Assembly (NCBI GenBank): GCA_965649825.1
Contig: OZ287700.1
Location: 1,364,001 to 1,428,000, forward strand
Length of the DNA stretch: 64,000 nucleotides
Source: Penicillus capitatus
Taxonomy: Eukaryota > Plantae > Chlorophyta
Reading direction: 5' to 3'
A model generated the notes under the pieces. The model was not told the origin of the DNA, did not search any database, and saw only the letters and a program-made list of their open reading frames with translations. Every line of letters begins with the position of its first letter. Position 1 is the first letter of the stretch. Position numbers and translations under genes: made by a program. Below are positions 22,873-34,900 of the stretch, piece after piece.

Positions 22873-25184
22873 ATGGGAAAGAAGAAACCTGCGACACGTC
22901 GTGGTGGGTCGGACACCCTTGTTTCGCCCCGGGCAAGACCTTCGACGACTGGGCAGGATGAACCGGTGACGGATACCGTGATGCAAGTGATAGCGCGTCG
23001 CGTACGCAATGCCCGAAAGAAGCTTCAGCGCGTTACCGTTATCGAAGGACTGCTCGAAGAGGGTCAGACCCTCAACGAAGATCAGGTCAGTCGAATCATG
23101 CCATCCCCCCACCCAACCGACAACATCGTCATGGGATGTGGCAGGAACGCGTTTACATGACGAAGGTCCCACTGACGGCGATAATCGAAGAGCTTGTGAA
23201 ATTGGAGCCGTTGGTTGAAGCGGCACTCGGGAATGAGCTGTCTGAGCATCTGAACACGGCGAAAGAGGAATGGGAGAAGAAACAGGAAGAGGAAGAGGAG
23301 GCGGAAGACGATGAAGTGCCATCTCATGTGGCGCTGGTGGCATCGGAGGAAGGGGGAGAGAGTGAGGTGACTGTCGAAGGCCCGTCGACGACAGCGAAAG
23401 AGAAGGAGGAGACGACGGACGTCGATGTTGACGAAACGACGCGCGACGACAACGACGCGACAAATGCGTCGCGAGACGTACCGACATGGAACGACGAGAA
23501 TGCTGAGGCACTGTACTTTCTTCAAGTGCACCGTCATTACCATGGACACACTTCTGCTCATGATGTGACGTCTCTAGCTCTTTGCTTCTGGTCGATTTGA
23601 TGTACGCAAGTGGACGGGAGAGGATGAGGTGTCTGTGGTAAGCATGGCAGGTAGGGTCGAGCGAAAAAGTGCGAGACGATGATGTGCGACAGAAACTGTT
23701 GACCTCGGACGAGACGGATTTCTTGGAGAGTTTTGGAAGGAAGATATTCCAGACGACGTCCCACGTCCCATCTGTAACATCACCCACATATATGCGGCAT
23801 CTCCATCGCATTCCTTTCCTTGCAGGAAGCATTAGCACTTATCAAAGAATCAACTGCTTTATTGTTCTCTCGTGCACACCCCGATGCTCTGAGAGGTGAG
23901 CAGATTGCAAAAGAGTGATAAATGTGTGAGATGTCTGTTTGTGTTAGTTTTTGAGATTGTGGCAAAGTTAAAGAATTCTGCTTTTGCGGAGGAAGAATTG
24001 AAATTGGCTGTTCATGGTTTCCCGCTGGCCATTGAAAAGGAAGTGAGTGACACTACCACCGAGCACACGGACAAGAGTGAGGAAAAATTGAAACAGGAAA
24101 CCGTACCTCACGCCGATCCCGCTACCGAACAACCATCATCTTACACAGGTCGCATACAGACAACGGATCTATATCACACAAATGAGAACCATATCATGCG
24201 ATGTAGATGAGAACCCACCGTCAACTTCACCCGTTCACCCTGCTACATCATCGCACTATACCCACCCTCAAGACACGGCACCGATGGGTCAGCGAACTGC
24301 CCGGCCATTTTTACCGTTTCCTGGTGTGGGTATGACGACGACCCCTCCGCTGAGATTTGGCGTGACGCCGCCACCCAATATGATGGGCATGCATTCCTTC
24401 TACAGCATGGCACGTGTGCCTGGACACTTTGTGGCTGCGCCGCCTTATTCGCAAACGCCACCAGTCCATCCTGTACTTTCGCATCCGCCGCCTCCCATTG
24501 TGGAACAGAACGCACCTCCAATCGAACCGGACACAGACACGTCGGAACCGGCAGTGGATATGACCAACCAACCAGATCCATCGACAGCACCCGACAAAGG
24601 TATGGCTGCCGGATCGACGCAGATCATCACAGTGCAAGAGAATATCTGCTTGCGTGCACAGAAGAAGAAGCTGCTGAAGATTTTGTTCAAGAGACGCCTG
24701 CCGAAGCAGCCCATCCCGCCGCCACATCCTATCCTGGTGATCTCTCTTCTCACACATGTGACCTTGACGTTGATGGATGACAGAGATGGCAAGGGAAGGA
24801 ATGGCGAACGCAGGCCGAGAAGAGAGCACCAAGCCACAGGGCGTCGCCCCTCCACAGCGTTCGGCGCCGCCAAACGGCGGTCGTTTTTCAGGCGGCCCCA
24901 CCGATCATCGACCCGTCTGGCAAGGACGCGGCCGGTATTTCCATTCGGGACATCGCGGAGGCATGCGTGGTCGCGGTATGCGTGGTGGCGGTCGCTATCC
25001 GCATCCCTACGGTGGTGGTCCACGTGGTCGTCCACCATTTGATCCCCAGCAACCGATGCCTCCACAGCAGTCGCATGCACCTTTCATGCAGTCTGCCGGC
25101 GGCGAAAGACATCCATATAACCCACGCCCGCGTCAGCGACGTGGAGGATACGATGGTTCAAAAGACGTTGGACAGCGCCATTAA
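22873..25184 (+). CDS. caprin-like RNA-binding protein with Pro-rich and RGG tail
   Basis: VIARRVRNARKKLQRV...LNEDQ (caprin N-terminal-like), acidic linker, C-terminal RGGMRGRGMRGGGR. Confidence 0.6.
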
Positions 25185-25214
25185 GACGTACGTGTCACTG
25201 TCGTTTGTGTTTCG

Positions 25215-26099
25215 ATGTCCGTCGACGAAAACGTCCAGACCCTCGTGCACTGTACAAATCTGTTGGGCCGCCGTCCTGATGCAGCGGATACGTTAGATAG
25301 CGGTTTCCTCTTGCTGCACAATCTCTCTGCCGACGAGAAACTGTGCGAGAAGGTCACGCAGAAACTCGCAGGATTGGGGGAACTGTTAGTCAAGACCCGA
25401 GATACGCATAGAGACGCCCTGTCCGTCCTACGCGAAAACTGTGCCCGACAGCAGCAAGCCCTTGCCGAGTTACAAGCGCGCGTGGACGAAGGCAGCATAA
25501 ACGCCATACTGGAAGGGATGCAGCAGCTCATGGCGTCCCTCGAGACGATCGACACGAAGTATTCGGAATCGGAGAGCGCCTTTGCTCGACTGGAATCGTG
25601 GTGTCGCTGTTTGGATATGGTCTGTGCCAAACACGGACGCGCAAAGACGACGGCGGGAGGCGTGTTCATCGCTTCGGGATGTCTGGCTCTGACGCTCTCG
25701 GCGGCAACATTCCTCATCAAGTGCGCTGTGCAAACAACGGGAGGCGCCTTCAATCCGGCGGCGGCATTGATTTTCCGTTTCTCTCCACTGAATACAGCAC
25801 TGGCGGGAGGAATCGTGACGATGCTGGGAGTGAGTGACACACGTCATTCTCAGCGTTACTCTCAGCTGACCCTGACATTCCGTGACTACGCAGACGATCT
25901 GCAGAAAGAGATCGCGACATCGCGTTCTTTCCGCACCCGAGTGCAGCGTCTGCGTCATGCCGTAGAGGCGGTGACCTTATCCTTGCATGTCACCACAGCC
26001 CTACACAAAGTGGAAGCCTCGACGTGGAATCTCATGACGGAATGGATCCGCACGCAAGAGAAGGCTTTGAAGATGCTGACCTCTCACACAGCAGTCTAG
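25215..26099 (+). CDS. intronless coiled-coil protein with a central hydrophobic hairpin, 294 aa
   Basis: Open 294-codon frame; heptad stretches flank GGVFIASGCLALTLSAATFLI and ALAGGIVTMLGV. Confidence 0.6.
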   Translation: MSVDENVQTLVHCTNLLGRRPDAADTLDSGFLLLHNLSADEKLCEKVTQKLAGLGELLVKTRDTHRDALSVLRENCARQQQALAELQARVDEGSINAILEGMQQLMASLETIDTKYSESESAFARLESWCRCLDMVCAKHGRAKTTAGGVFIASGCLALTLSAATFLIKCAVQTTGGAFNPAAALIFRFSPLNTALAGGIVTMLGVSDTRHSQRYSQLTLTFRDYADDLQKEIATSRSFRTRVQRLRHAVEAVTLSLHVTTALHKVEASTWNLMTEWIRTQEKALKMLTSHTAV

Positions 26100-26225
26100 T
26101 TCTGAAGACATTTTTCATTTATCATTCTTTGTGTGCGCGATGAACAACTGCATCGCCCTTGAGCTTCGGTTAGACAATCGTGCGCATTTTGATGAGGAGC
26201 AAGATAAGAAAATGGATGTGGGAGT

Positions 26226-26909
26226 TTAGTATTGACACCAACAACGTGTGCATTGTCCTTGGCAGTCACCCTTGCAGTCAATCACATTTCCTAGAGCTTT
26301 GGGTTTGCGTAAGATGGCTTTGATGCGATGCGGTCCTTTGAGAAAGAAATTCTTCTGCAGATAATCGACGTTTGGTTTTAATCGAGTGACGAGGTCAAAG
26401 GCTAAGAACTCTGGAAACTGTCGGACGAGTCTTTTCAAATCCTCGTCATCAAATCCGATGCCTCTCATGTATTCCATATTCGCTTCCATCTACAGCGGCC
26501 GTCACGATCTGCCATTTGTTTCGAGAGCCATCACCTGTGCAGGATCTGGCATTTCTTGGTGTTTTTCATTCCTCCAGTACTTCTGTGTTCCCCATCCGAA
26601 TGCTTGTGCCAAGCAGCTGTCGAGTTCGTCTGCCTCGAGATCAAGGCGTTCAAGCAGTACTACCGCTTTCTTCCACTGAGCGTCATCCTTGGCACTCGCC
26701 CATTCCGAACTCGATGCAGCCCGTTGCACATAAAGAGCACGACGCCAGGCGAAGGTTGTTGCTGTTCGCTGTGGAAGACGACCACAGACGTGAGTGTCTC
26801 GTACGCCGTTGGCGGCCTTAGGGACGCGGCACGTGGTAGACGGTCGGGAGTACCCGTCGAGTGGGCGGTTGAATGTCATCGGTGGAGAGTGAACGATGCA
26901 AAGTGGCAT
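26226..26909 (-). CDS. mTERF family protein (plant mTERF12-like)
   Basis: QAFGW..., LVRQFPEFLAFDLVTRLKPNVDYL, C-terminal DCKGDCQGQCTRCW; transit-peptide-like N-terminus. Confidence 0.8.
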
Positions 26910-26959
26910 GTTGCACGACGTCAACGAGAGCATTTGTGACTGACTGACTGACTGTCTGC

Positions 26960-29900
26960 ATGAAGTGGGCAGTATCTGGCGACCGTAGATCCAGAAAGGA
27001 AATACTCTTTCTCGCAAACGGGTGCGTGATGCCGCGCAGACATCTGTGCGTCGCTCGAACGCATATGCGTCGTCCTTGTAGCGTCCTTGTCGCCATCGCC
27101 GTCTTGTTGCTCGCCTGCGAGACCGCCGGCGACTCGACGTTTAGACTCGGCGCTGTCCTGAGCACGCAAGGAGAGACGGCAACGATGTCCGAAGCGCGAA
27201 ACGGCTATGAACTCGTTGTCCGTCGAGTCAACGCCCAATCATTGGGGCGCGGATTTCTGGTCGGTGGCCAAAACGAAACGCGAAGATTCCACTTTAAATA
27301 CGACTTCACTTGGCGCGAAGACAAAAGCGACCGGGAGATCCATGCAAAGCAGTTTGAAAAATTGATAAAGAGAGATAAGGTGCACTTTCTCGCTGGGTCA
27401 CATCCGAACTATGCAGCCGATGAGATGCGAATCGCCAATGAGAGCCAGCTTCTGAACTATCAGTGTTGTGCTGGACCCGATGAGCTTTATGCACAGAACT
27501 ATCCCACAGTCTTCGGTCTGCCTGCCTCAAACAAGCAATACACAAAGAACTCCATACGAGCCATCGGTCTACAGGGTGTCGGCAAGATAATGCTGGTATA
27601 CGATGAAGAAAGCGTTTTTACCCGGACGACATGCGAATCTGCCATCCGCTATTTCAAAGAGACAGAATCTGTCATGTCCGGACAGACGCCGCCGATCGTT
27701 GTGAAGTTTGGAAGAGAGAAAAGAGACATGTCGCGTTTCTTTGTGGACGTGGCGAAGGAGGCTCAGGAGTGCGGCGTGGAAGTTGTCTATGCTTGTGTCT
27801 TTCCGAATGAAGGCAAAAAACTCGTCAATGCTATGCATGACATCAGATATGCACTGAGGGCTTTCTTTTTGACAACGGGCCCCACGAAGCAGGACTGGAT
27901 CGATGGATTTGATCCGGCGTTTCGGGCGAATGGTCTACTCAGTGCAGCGCAGTGGCATCCGAATCTCCGATTTAGAGATCATGTGATGGGCTCTGCTGGT
28001 GAGTACGCGGATTTGTATTCGAGGACGTTCAATGGACAGAAACCATCCTACGTTGCGGCTGCAGCGTCGGCAGTGGGCGTCACCCTGACAATGGCAATCC
28101 AGGATGCATTCCATAGCTGTGACATCTCACAGACAAACGGCGACGTGGAATTACTCCTCTACCATCCCGCCACCATTCGATGTGATGAACCATTGGGCAG
28201 AACTGGTTACGAACGCGTATTGACCGCTTTATGGAAACTGAATAGAGAGACGTTTTTTGGATTTGTGAAGTTCAATGATTTTCGACGTAATGATGGACTG
28301 GAGACGGTGACGACACAGGTCTGTGAAGATAGAGGAGAAAATGGAAGCATTGTACGCAAGATCGAGGTTGTGTTGCCAGTGCAGTCGGCAACGCACCTGT
28401 TGAAATTCCCTGCAGAGAATTTCTACAGAGAGAAATGTCGCCCCGGATACAAACAGAATATAGATCCGTTTCAAGAATGTCTTCCGTGTCAACCTGGACA
28501 GGCGTCACACAAAACGGACGCTGAACATTGTGACCGATGTCCGCTTGGAGAATGGACAAATCTGACAGCGCAATCTGAGTGCTCTATGTGTCCTGCTGGC
28601 ACAACAACTCAAATGAGAGGAGCGCACTGTATAGAAGAATGCAAATGCAAAGTGGGTTACTTCAACGCCGCCGGGGAGACGGGCGTCGCCTGCGATCCGT
28701 GTCCCGTCGGCGCTCTCTGTCCGGGAGGAACGGAGCTGCCGATTCCTCTCCAGGGATACTGGGCGAACGAGACACGCCGGTCGGAGATCTACGCGTGCGA
28801 CGACGCCTCCGTCTGCACGGGAGGGAACGGCAACGCCTGTCGACAGGGCCACACCGGAAGGTAATCTCTCACTCTCACTCTCTCGGTCGCGGTGGACGAC
28901 CTCTGTCTGTCTGTTCCCAGGATGTGCGCGCAGTGCGAGGACGGATACTTCAACGCGCTCAACGGGTGCCACAGGTGCCTGGACAGGGGCGTCATCGTCT
29001 TCCTCTCCGTCGCCCTTCTGGTCGGCTGGTACGTGATCAACGTCACCGTCTCCAGGAGCGTCACCTCCCTGGAGATGATGCTAGGGTGGGCGCAGCTGGC
29101 CAACATCATCGGCGACATCAACCTGAACTGGACGCAGAACGTGACGACGATGTTCGGCGTGGCCAACCTGCTCGACTTCGACGTCGACATCCTGGAGCCG
29201 GGCTGCGTCGTCGAGTGGGGCTTCCGCGCCAACTTCATCACGCAGCTGCTGTTGCCGTTCGTGATGTCGACCATGGCGGCCAGCGGATACCTGCTGTCCG
29301 CCGCCGTCCACCTGCTGATCCGCAGCGGGAGGCTGAAGCTGGACGAGCGCACCGAGCGCCTGCTGTCCGTCTTCGTGGTGGTGTCCGGAGACGGCGAGCA
29401 GCTCAAGGCGAAGTGGGACGCCACAGTGGCCACGTTCCTGTCGGCGGTGGACGTCACCTACGTGACCATCGCCAAGTACTGCTTCGACGTCTTCAGGTGC
29501 GAGGAGATCGCCGGCGTGTCGGTGCTCAGGGAGTCGCCCGACGTGCTCTGCGGAGATTTCTACCACCTGTCGCTCAAGCTGCTCTCCGTGTCGGGGATCG
29601 TCTTCTACGTCGTCGGCTACCTCGTCTACCTTCTGTGGAAGCTCTACGATCTGAGGACGCGCTGCGCGTTCGCCGACGCGGCGAACCTTCGGCGCCTCGG
29701 ATTCGTCTATCAGAAGTTCGAGCTGGACTACTACTTCACGCCCGCCGTCATCATCGTCCGCAAGCTCCTCTTCGTCCTCGTGCTGGTCTACGTGAACAAT
29801 CCAGCATTTCAGATTGGACTTCTGTCCATCGTCCTCAACACGTCGTTAATGATTCAGGTGTACACAGCTCCGTATGTGGACACCTACTTTGACGTCCTAT

Positions 29901-31171
29901 TCAGTTTTCTGCTCGTCGCCTTAATGTTTGAAGCCTTTGGCGGGTTAATGTTCTATAGTGAGAACCTGCCTGACGATAACCGACGCATTCTGGAATGGTT
30001 GGTCATCACGTCATTATTGATGTTGACGGTCGTTTTTCTGGTGACCCTCTGTATGGAGATCGCCAAAAAGTTCTGCATGAAATACGTTAAAAGAGCCCAA
30101 GTACTATACGTCAAAGATGACCTTAGACGAAGCCTGAAGAGGGACACATCCGCCCATAGACAGATTTCGACCCGTTCAGCCTTCTCGCAAACTTTTCTCC
30201 GCTCAATGTCGTCAAGGACAGAACATGAAATTAGCTTTGAACTCTTGGAGACTTTTCGACCAAGCTTCGTATACAATAGCATCCGCAAACAGCCGGAATC
30301 GATCAAACAATGGAATGAGCTATCAAACAAACTAAAAGACTACATGTCTGACCAGTCAGACACCGCATATCTCTCGATGAATCCAGTTGCCAAATTCTGG
30401 AGAAAATTAGTGGATCGTTTCCCGGAGCTGGTGGATTTCTTGGCCGTCGCGGATGATGAAACACGCGAGAAATTCAAAACTGTCGCCACCTGTCTCTTCC
30501 GTGATTTCTATCTCACAAACAAATTGACACCGTTGCCGCTGATGGACGTCCTGAACTGGAGAGATCGTGCTCCAATGGCACAGTGGCTGGCCGTAGCGCC
30601 GCCAAAACATCGCGAGTTCTTTCTTCATGTCATGGCCGAGATGTTCGAAAGCAACGAGAACAATGAAGCTGCCGTGATCTTACGATCGAGACTCCACAGT
30701 GGACGACGACGTTTCGACCCTCTGATGGAGAATCGCCGATGGGTTCGAATGAACCGCAGCATCAGCCGAGTTCTGTCCAGTCTGTCAAACGGACTCAGTC
30801 CATTTGATCACACGGCTATGTTTCCCGTCATCCATCTGCCTGGCCATCCGACGCGACCGCCGCCATTTCAGGGAAGGCGTCATCGCGGAACTCTTGAGAT
30901 CATGGTTCAGGATGAACGACGTCCAGTGGCACCAATGACACCGATACCTGGTAGTGAAAAATCGCTGGCCCATGTGGCGGCTGTCTCTGACGGTTCCGCA
31001 TCAGAGATCCGGTCATCTGAGGCACCTGACGAAATTTGCGTAGAGACCTCATCCGCTGGCGAGAGCTCTTCTTCGGCGAAAGATGGATCGGAGAACGAAC
31101 AAAACAACAGCAGATCGCCACGATCTCGGAACAATAATTCGACGTCTCTCGAAGCTGAAACTGACGCTTAG
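26960..31171 (+). CDS. receptor-like protein copy 1: signal peptide + Venus-flytrap/type I periplasmic-binding domain + Cys-rich repeats + about 8-9 TM + cytoplasmic domain; single intron 28861-28920
   Basis: FRLGAVLSTQG...NGYEL...VN...EDKSD...LIKRDKVHFLAGS; QWHP; YVAAAASAVG; FFGFVKFN; CxxCxxG repeats; RLGFVYQKFELDYYF...RKLLFV...PAFQ...APY membrane domain. The true ATG may be 27029 or 27065. Confidence 0.8.
28645..29817 (+). repeat. 1173-bp near-identical segment, copy A (matches 33546-34718)
   Basis: Same length; about 7 exonic differences seen plus a few in the 60-nt intron; abrupt divergence on both sides. Confidence 0.95.
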
Positions 31172-31980
31172 CATCATAATACTCCCCTCCATCGATTTCA
31201 TTCAGGTGACAGACATTGTTGGATCACCTACTGTTTTTTGCTTTTGATTCTATTTCCTCTCATCTGATTCCGCCGTGATGAGTATAGCCACTCTTTGGAT
31301 TCTTTTAGTCGAAACTGTGGGCGATTTGATGATGGGTGGATATTCTACATACAATTCCTGTCGAATCCGTTCATCCACTTGATCCGTTCCATGGGTGTTG
31401 CACTAGTCATTTGTTGTTCGATGATCTTTTCCTTACCTAGCGTATTTGGCTCTTCCCTTTTCTCAGTAGAGTATAGATTTGATGGTCAGTCGTAGAAAGA
31501 CGCCTTCGAATGGGGTCCGTTGAGTCAAATTTTGTCAGTCAAGGTCTCAGATGCAGCCGCCAATCAAAGCGATGTACGTTGAACAAATAAACACCATGGT
31601 CTGTGACGCAGCTCAGGCGACGTTGAGAAAGCCAACAACGCACTCACTCATCACCAATGCATCCTGCCAGATATGAACGCACCGACCTCTATCCCGTGCG
31701 GATTGTTTAGACATGAGAAGGACTTCTGAGAATGTTCAAACACGTGTGTGTGTAAGCCCCTCCTATGTGTTCTGATGCATCCGTCATCATTGCCTCGACC
31801 GAATATCCACTCCGAACCGCTCACTCTCATCTTCACGTACACAGGCAGTAACACCCGCGGTATCGTCAGAATCACACCGCATGCAACAACCAGATATCCA
31901 AGACGCGTTGCTCTCTGTGCTAACCATCAGATGCTTTCTTAGCGAGGCAGCGTCGAGACAACAGTGTTGTAATTGGCAGT

Positions 31981-34900
31981 ATGTATGTGTTTGTGGCTTT
32001 GGTTTTGTTACTCGTAAGGACCCGATGTGATTCCGCATTTCGCGTCGGTGCTGTGCTGAGCACAAAGGGCTCGACGAAAGAGATGGAGCAGGCGAAGAAT
32101 GGATACGCTTTGTTCTTTGACGCCATAAACGAGCGAAATGGCGGCCAGGGGTTCCTTGTTGAAGGAAGGAATGGCACCAAGGGATACTGGTTTCGCTATG
32201 CGTTTCTATCACGTGAAGACGCCAGCGACTTCGCCGTTCACCAACGGCAACTCGACGAGCTGATGACGAAAGAGAAGATTCACTTTCTCGGAGGATCCCA
32301 CTTGCACTACGATCGCATGGAAGTGAAGGCTGCCGTTGACAACGGTGTCCTTCTTTACAAGTGCTGTGTGGATGCGAAAATGCAGTCCCACGACAACAGT
32401 CCGTTTGTTTTTGTCATTCGAACGTCGAAAATGGTCTACACGCACAAATTCCTGGCGGCTTCGGTCCTTGCTGGAAGCCTTCGCTATGGTTTCGTGGTCG
32501 ATGTGGGCGAACCGAGCTTCATGTATGCGTACTACGGAGCATTGGCCTTACTGCAGGAGACGTCTGTTCTCAAGAAAGGCGTCAACAACATTACCTACGT
32601 GAAACTGTTCAATTCTTCCGAGGCTGAACCCACAGCTCAGCTGTTTCGAGAGGTTGCTCGGGCAATGAAGCACCAGAGGGTGGATTCGTTGATTGCAGCT
32701 GTTAACGCCGATCACGGCAAACATATTGTGAACGCATTGCACGAAGCGCAGTACTCTTTAAAATCGACCTTCATCATGAGAGGCCCGACGGACCAGGAGT
32801 GGGTCGATGCGTTTGAGGATGACAATCGAGTGGAACGCCTGGTCAGTACTGTTCAATGGCATGAGAAACAGAACGACCACGATGACTTCTTTGGGAAGAC
32901 AGCTGTCTACGTGGATATGTACACAAGACGATATGGAGAGAAGCCGACGAGCTACAGTGCTGGAGCGAGTGCTGTCGGGGCGACGCTGACCCAGGCCATC
33001 CAGAATGCGTTCGCTCACTGCGACATCTCAAAGACGCATGGTGACGTGGATACGCTTCTCTACTCTCCAGAGGCGATTGATTGTGAGGATGATCTTGGAG
33101 ACAGAGGATATGATCGCGTGCTGGCATCTCTGCAGGCAATCGATATGCAAACGTTCTTTGGTTTTGTCAAGTTTGATCGTTATCGACGAAATCTGGCAAA
33201 CAAATGCGCCACCACTCAGGTGTTCGTGACCACGTCAGCGAATGGAGCGAAACACAGAGATATTGAAGTTGTCCTGCCAGTCGGTGTTGCATCGCATGAG
33301 GCCGTCCTTCCCGCGAAGAATTACTATAAAGAGGTCTGCATGCCAGGGACCTTTGTAGGACCAGATGATTTCAATCCGTGCGTCGAGTGCAGCGAAGGGG
33401 AAGCGTCCTATGAGAAGAACGCGCCGTTTTGTGATAGTTGTCCGGTTGGCGAATGGAGGGATAAAAAAGGGGGATCGAGTTGCAATACGTGTCCAGAAGG
33501 GACAACAACAGCTGCGAGAGAGTCGACAAACCTGAGCGATTGCATATGCAAAGTGGGTTACTTCAACGCCGCCGGGGAGACGGGCGTCGCCTGCGATCCG
33601 TGTCCCGTCGGCGCTCTCTGTCCGGGAGGAACGGAGCTGCCGATTCCTCTCCAGGGATACTGGGCGAACGAGACCCGCCGGTCGGAGATCTACGCGTGCG
33701 ACGACGCCTCCGTCTGCACGGGAGGGAACGGCAACGCCTGTCGACAGGGCCACACCGGAAGGTAATCTCTCACTCTCTCTCTCCCAGTCGCCGTGGACGA
33801 CCTCTGTCTGTCTGTTCCCAGGATGTGCGCGCAGTGCGAGGACGGATACTTCAACGCGCTCAACGGGTGCCACAGGTGCCTGGACAGGGGCGTCATCGTC
33901 TTCCTCTCCGTCGCCCTTCTGGTCGGCTGGTACGTGATCAACGTCACCGTCTCCAGGAGCGTCACCTCCCTGGAGATGATGCTGGGGTGGGCGCAGCTGG
34001 CCAACATCATCGGCGACATCAACCTGAACTGGACGCAGAACGTGACGACGATGTTCGGCGTGGCCAACCTGCTCGACTTCGACGTCGACATCCTGGAGCC
34101 GGGCTGCGTCGTCGAGTGGGGCTTCCGCGCCAACTTCATCACGCAGCTGCTGTTGCCGTTCGTGATGTCGACCATGGCGGCCAGCGGATACCTGCTGTCC
34201 GCCGCCGTCCACCTGCTGATCCGAAGCGGGAGGCTGAAGCTGGACGAGCGCACCGAGCGCCTGCTGTCCGTCTTCGTGGTGGTGTCCGAGGACGGCGAGC
34301 AGCTCAAGGCGAAATGGGACGCCACCGTGGCCACGTTCCTGTCGGCGGTGGACGTCACCTACGTGACCATCGCCAAGTACTGCTTCGACGTCTTCAGGTG
34401 CGAGGAGATCGCCGGCGTGTCGGTGCTCAGGGAGTCGCCCGACGTGCTCTGCGGAGATTTCTACCACCTGTCGCTCAAGCTGCTTTCCGTGTCGGGGATC
34501 GTCTTCTACGTCGTCGGCTACCTCGTCTACCTTCTGTGGAAGCTCTACGATCTGAGGACGCGCTGCGCGTTCGCCGACGCGGCGAACCTTCGGCGCCTCG
34601 GATTCGTCTATCAGAAGTTCGAGCTGGACTACTACTTCACGCCCGCCGTCATCATCGTCCGCAAGCTCCTCTTCGTCCTCGTGCTGGTCTACGTGAACAA
34701 TCCAGCATTTCAGATTGGTGCCATTGCTGTGGTCATTATTGCCTCGCTGATGGTGCACGTCTACACTGCTCCCTACGTTGACACCTATCTGGATGTCCTC
34801 TTCAGTTTCCTTCTCATTGCTCTCATGTGCGAAGCTTTCGGAGGACTAATGTTTTACAGCGAGAACTTGCCAAACGATGACCGCAGAATTCTGGAAATCG

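Noticed and set aside
26937-26954. (TGAC)4 microsatellite between mTERF and receptor 1
   Set aside because: Too short to support a function.
28921-30060. Calling the receptors true class C GPCRs
   Set aside because: More than seven hydrophobic segments are likely and I recognised no class C 7TM signature; kept as an architectural analogy only.
33235-34781. Long antisense and alternate-frame ORFs (507 aa, 433 aa; also 28505-29892)
   Set aside because: Shadow ORFs expected from extreme GC3 bias in the repeated tract; low-complexity translations.
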